Source: Actinomycetota bacterium (GTDB lineage Bacteria > Actinomycetota > Thermoleophilia > Gaiellales > JAICJC01). Taken from it: a stretch of DNA of 29,340 nucleotides. The position numbers and the translations under genes are program-made. The DNA lies in the NCBI GenBank assembly GCA_046732235.1, contig JBKPMQ010000323.1:1-29340 (forward strand). Reading direction: 5' to 3'. Below the pieces are notes generated by a model. The model worked only from the letters and a program-made list of their open reading frames with translations. It made no database searches and had not been told where the DNA came from. Positions 27,522 to 29,340 of this stretch are shown here, piece after piece (the first letter of the stretch is position 1; every line of letters starts with the position of its first letter).

Positions 27522-27557
27522 GACTGGCGAGGCCCCTAGCGCCTCGGCGGATGCGAA
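27522..27557 (+). promoter_or_regulatory. Conserved upstream motif, copy 10
   Basis: GACTGG CGAGGC CCCTAGC GCCT CGGCGGAT GCGAA; 64 nt before the putative start at 27622. Confidence 0.78.
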
Positions 27558-27621
27558 TGGAGCGCCCCAGTGTGACGCTTGCGCCTCGATACACACACAG
27601 CCCGATTCGAGAGGACAGATC

Positions 27622-27975
27622 ATTATCAGATACTGGTATTCGTGGACGGCCATCGTCGCCGTTTTCGGGGGCGCCCTGCTCCTTGCTATCCCTTATGTCG
27701 CCTTTGTCGCGCTCTTGATCGTGGTGATCCTCACACTGGCCACGGTCATATGGGCGATCGCCTACGTGCCGTACGCCGCCGCCCGGGCCATCCATCGCCG
27801 TGGACACCACGGCAGGAGCGCGAGCCCGACCACAGTGGCGGCCCCGCCCGTCCAAGCGCCTGCGTATGCACACGTTTCGCGGCGGAGCATCGACTACCGC
27901 GCCCCTGTCCTAGGGGGCTCGACTGAGTCAGCCACCATGAGCACGGGCGAAGTTTGCCCCGAGCGACGGTCGTAG
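27622..27975 (+). CDS. Small membrane protein with a non-canonical or mutated start
   Basis: IIRYWYSWTAIVAVFGGALLLAIPYVAFVALLIVVILTLATVIWAIAYVP; SD GAGAGGA at 27609-27615; no in-frame ATG/GTG/TTG between 27499 and 27714. Confidence 0.55.
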   Translation: MIRYWYSWTAIVAVFGGALLLAIPYVAFVALLIVVILTLATVIWAIAYVPYAAARAIHRRGHHGRSASPTTVAAPPVQAPAYAHVSRRSIDYRAPVLGGSTESATMSTGEVCPERRS

Positions 27976-28071
27976 GAACGGGACCCCCACAGTGCGTGAT
28001 CCCGCCGACGGCTGAGCAGATTTGCCTTTCGGGCGGCGATCAGCTCGCGAGGCGCTCGGCACGGATTGCCG

Positions 28072-28224
28072 TCAGCCGGAGGCCCCGCTCGAAACGGCGG
28101 TGATCATCCGGACGAGCAGTGAGACTCCGAATAGTGCAAGGCCTGCGATCCAGACGATCTGTCCGAGGGCACCCGCGCCGACGGCGATCAGGATGACGGA
28201 GCCGATCAGCGCGATAATCAGCAT
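28072..28224 (-). CDS. 50-aa two-helix membrane peptide
   Basis: MLIIALIGSVILIAVGAGALGQIVWIAGLALFGVSLLVRMITAVSSGASG; SD GAGAGAGG. Confidence 0.6.
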   Translation of the reverse strand: MLIIALIGSVILIAVGAGALGQIVWIAGLALFGVSLLVRMITAVSSGASG

Positions 28225-28283
28225 GTCAGGCACCTCTCTCGCTGCCACCCACCTCGCCTGCAATCGGCAATCCATATGAACCC

Positions 28284-28320
28284 TACGAATCGATTCGTAG
28301 CGTCAGCGAATTTGCGTGTC
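28284..28320 (-). promoter_or_regulatory. Degenerate motif copy overlapping a perfect 18-bp palindrome
   Basis: GACACG CAAATT CGCTGAC GCTA CGAATCGAT TCGTA, 59 nt before ATG 28224; palindrome CTACGAATCGATTCGTAG at 28283-28300. Confidence 0.4.
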
Positions 28321-28537
28321 AGCGCGGTGGCCTTTCCCGCACCGGCCCGCACCGGCACCGGGCCGGGATCGACCCGCAGCTCCCGCATCGGGCCTGGATC
28401 TGGTACGCCGCCCAGCATGCCAGGAAGAACAGGCACACCGCGGCGGCGAATGCGGCGGCGGGATCGAACGTGAGCGTCGACCCGCCGCCGTCCGTGTGCT
28501 GCTGCACGTAGTGATGCCAGAAGTGCGTGTACGGCAA
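28319..28537 (-). CDS. Small membrane protein with a Cys-rich tail
   Basis: One hydrophobic helix (AAAFAAAVCLFFLACWAAY), then CGSCGSIPARCRC; host-like GC3. Confidence 0.5.
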   Translation of the reverse strand: MPYTHFWHHYVQQHTDGGGSTLTFDPAAAFAAAVCLFFLACWAAYQIQARCGSCGSIPARCRCGPVRERPPR

Positions 28538-28611
28538 GGGTCACCTGCTCCGTCGCGGCTCGCCGGCCACTCTATCGGCCGTGCCGCGGCGGCGGTGTGA
28601 CGCGGGGCGCC

Positions 28612-28719
28612 CTACGGGAGCCGGGACGCCGCCACCTCACCCTCGCGGGTCAGGCGCACCTGCTCGCCGTCGCTCTCGACGAGGCCGAGCTCGGCCCGGT
28701 GGTCGTTGATCGTGGTCAT
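28612..28719 (-). CDS. 35-aa ORF (absent from the ORF track)
   Basis: SD AAAGGAG 7 nt before ATG; MTTINDHRAELGLVESDGEQVRLTREGEVAASRLP; GC3-rich codons. Confidence 0.5.
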   Translation of the reverse strand: MTTINDHRAELGLVESDGEQVRLTREGEVAASRLP

Positions 28720-28841
28720 GTCCCAGCTCCTTTCGCGCGCGAACCGGGCGTGGAGGCACCCGGGAGCCGTCCTGTGGCAAACGGCACGCCATCGGGCTCA
28801 ACCGGCGCGTCCGGCTGCCGCCTGCGGCACACTGCCCTGTT

Positions 28842-29340
28842 ATGGGCCCGGGCACGAGCTTCCTGTCTGCACTACCGACTCCGACGTGGGAGACGGCCGC
28901 GTGGGTCGTCGGCGTGTTCTTCGCCGCGTGGCTCATCTCGCGGCTCTCGGGGCGGCTTGCGACCTGGGTCGTCCGGCGCAGCGAGGCCCGGCACCTGAGG
29001 GAGGATGGCCCCGCCGACACCGGCGTCATCACGTCGCTCAAGCGGCGGGAGACCGCCGTCTCGCTCGTGCGCACGAGCGTGCGCTACACGGCCTACGGGC
29101 TCGCGCTGATCCTCGCCCTGGGCTCCCTCAGCTTCGGCAGCCGGCTCGGTACCGTCGCCGGCGCCTCGTTGATCGTCGTGCTGGTCGGGTTCGCAGCGCA
29201 GCGCTTCCTGACCGACATCCTGGCGGGGTTCTTCATGTTCTTCGAGGGCTGGTTCTCGGTGGGCGACAACGTCACCATCGAGCCGCTCAAGATCCGCGGC
29301 GTCGTCGACGAGGTCGGCCTGCGCGCGACGCGGCTGCGGG
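28842..29340 (+). CDS. MscS-family mechanosensitive channel (3' end outside window)
   Basis: VLVGFAAQRFLTDILAGFFMFFEGWFSVGDNVTI...GVVDEVGLRATRL is the MscS TM3/beta-domain signature. Confidence 0.92.
   Translation, partial: MGPGTSFLSALPTPTWETAAWVVGVFFAAWLISRLSGRLATWVVRRSEARHLREDGPADTGVITSLKRRETAVSLVRTSVRYTAYGLALILALGSLSFGSRLGTVAGASLIVVLVGFAAQRFLTDILAGFFMFFEGWFSVGDNVTIEPLKIRGVVDEVGLRATRLR

Larger units (their letters stand above)
11885..28320. other. Putative accessory region/genomic island at the tRNA-Val 3' end
   Basis: Spot-counted 60-nt lines give about 58-60% GC (13861, 19201) versus 70-78% in flanks (6601, 9361); frameshifted genes; motif confined here. No integrase or att repeat seen; right boundary approximate. 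Confidence 0.55.

Noticed and set aside
12153-27557. Motif as a ZTP (pfl) riboswitch, because several copies begin GACTGGCGA
   Set aside because: The other conserved pfl elements (GUGGG/CCAC stem, GGGGAG, 3' CGCCUGGGC) are absent, the targets are not purine/one-carbon genes and no shared pairing is evident.
12153-27557. Motif as CRISPR repeats or REP elements (36-37 bp length)
   Set aside because: Copies are dispersed, divergent, non-palindromic and tied to the orientation of the downstream gene; there are no regular spacers or cas genes.
28402-28414. Possible attR: GGTACGCCGCCCA versus the tRNA-Val 3' end GGTACCGCCCA
   Set aside because: Short, gapped, GC-rich and inside a probable CDS; consistent with chance.
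1-29340. Integrase, transposase, phage, toxin-antitoxin or defence genes
   Set aside because: No recognisable catalytic motifs or terminal repeats in any frame.

Overview
High-GC, actinobacteria-like window (lineage inferred from composition and gene families only) with three zones. (1) 1-11884, host-like: DHFR/RibD-C protein, SIS protein, SnoaL protein, two cupins, GNAT, LtrA, tRNA-Asp(GTC), a GH15 hydrolase, a 1321-aa soluble kinase with 7 GAF-like repeats, and tRNA-Val(TAC). (2) About 11885-28320, a lower-GC, partly decaying accessory region starting at the tRNA-Val 3' end, with no integrase or att repeat seen. It holds a PAS-5xGAF-HisKA_3-HATPase-PAS kinase, a NarL-type regulator, a lone receiver, four alpha/beta hydrolases, an NmrA/SDR protein, a LuxR regulator lacking the N-terminal ATPase, several small proteins and pseudogenes. 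(3) 28320-29340, host-like small ORFs and the start of an MscS channel. Main observation: a 36-37 bp motif, consensus GACTGG-N6/7-SRCTGGC-N4-CGGCGGAT-KCGAS, occurs in 10 clear copies plus 2 degenerate ones, all in zone 2. Nine of the 10 clear copies lie 30-92 nt upstream of a likely start codon and in the sense orientation of that gene. This suggests a dedicated regulon whose regulator may be the truncated LuxR in the same region (inference). All counts were done by eye.
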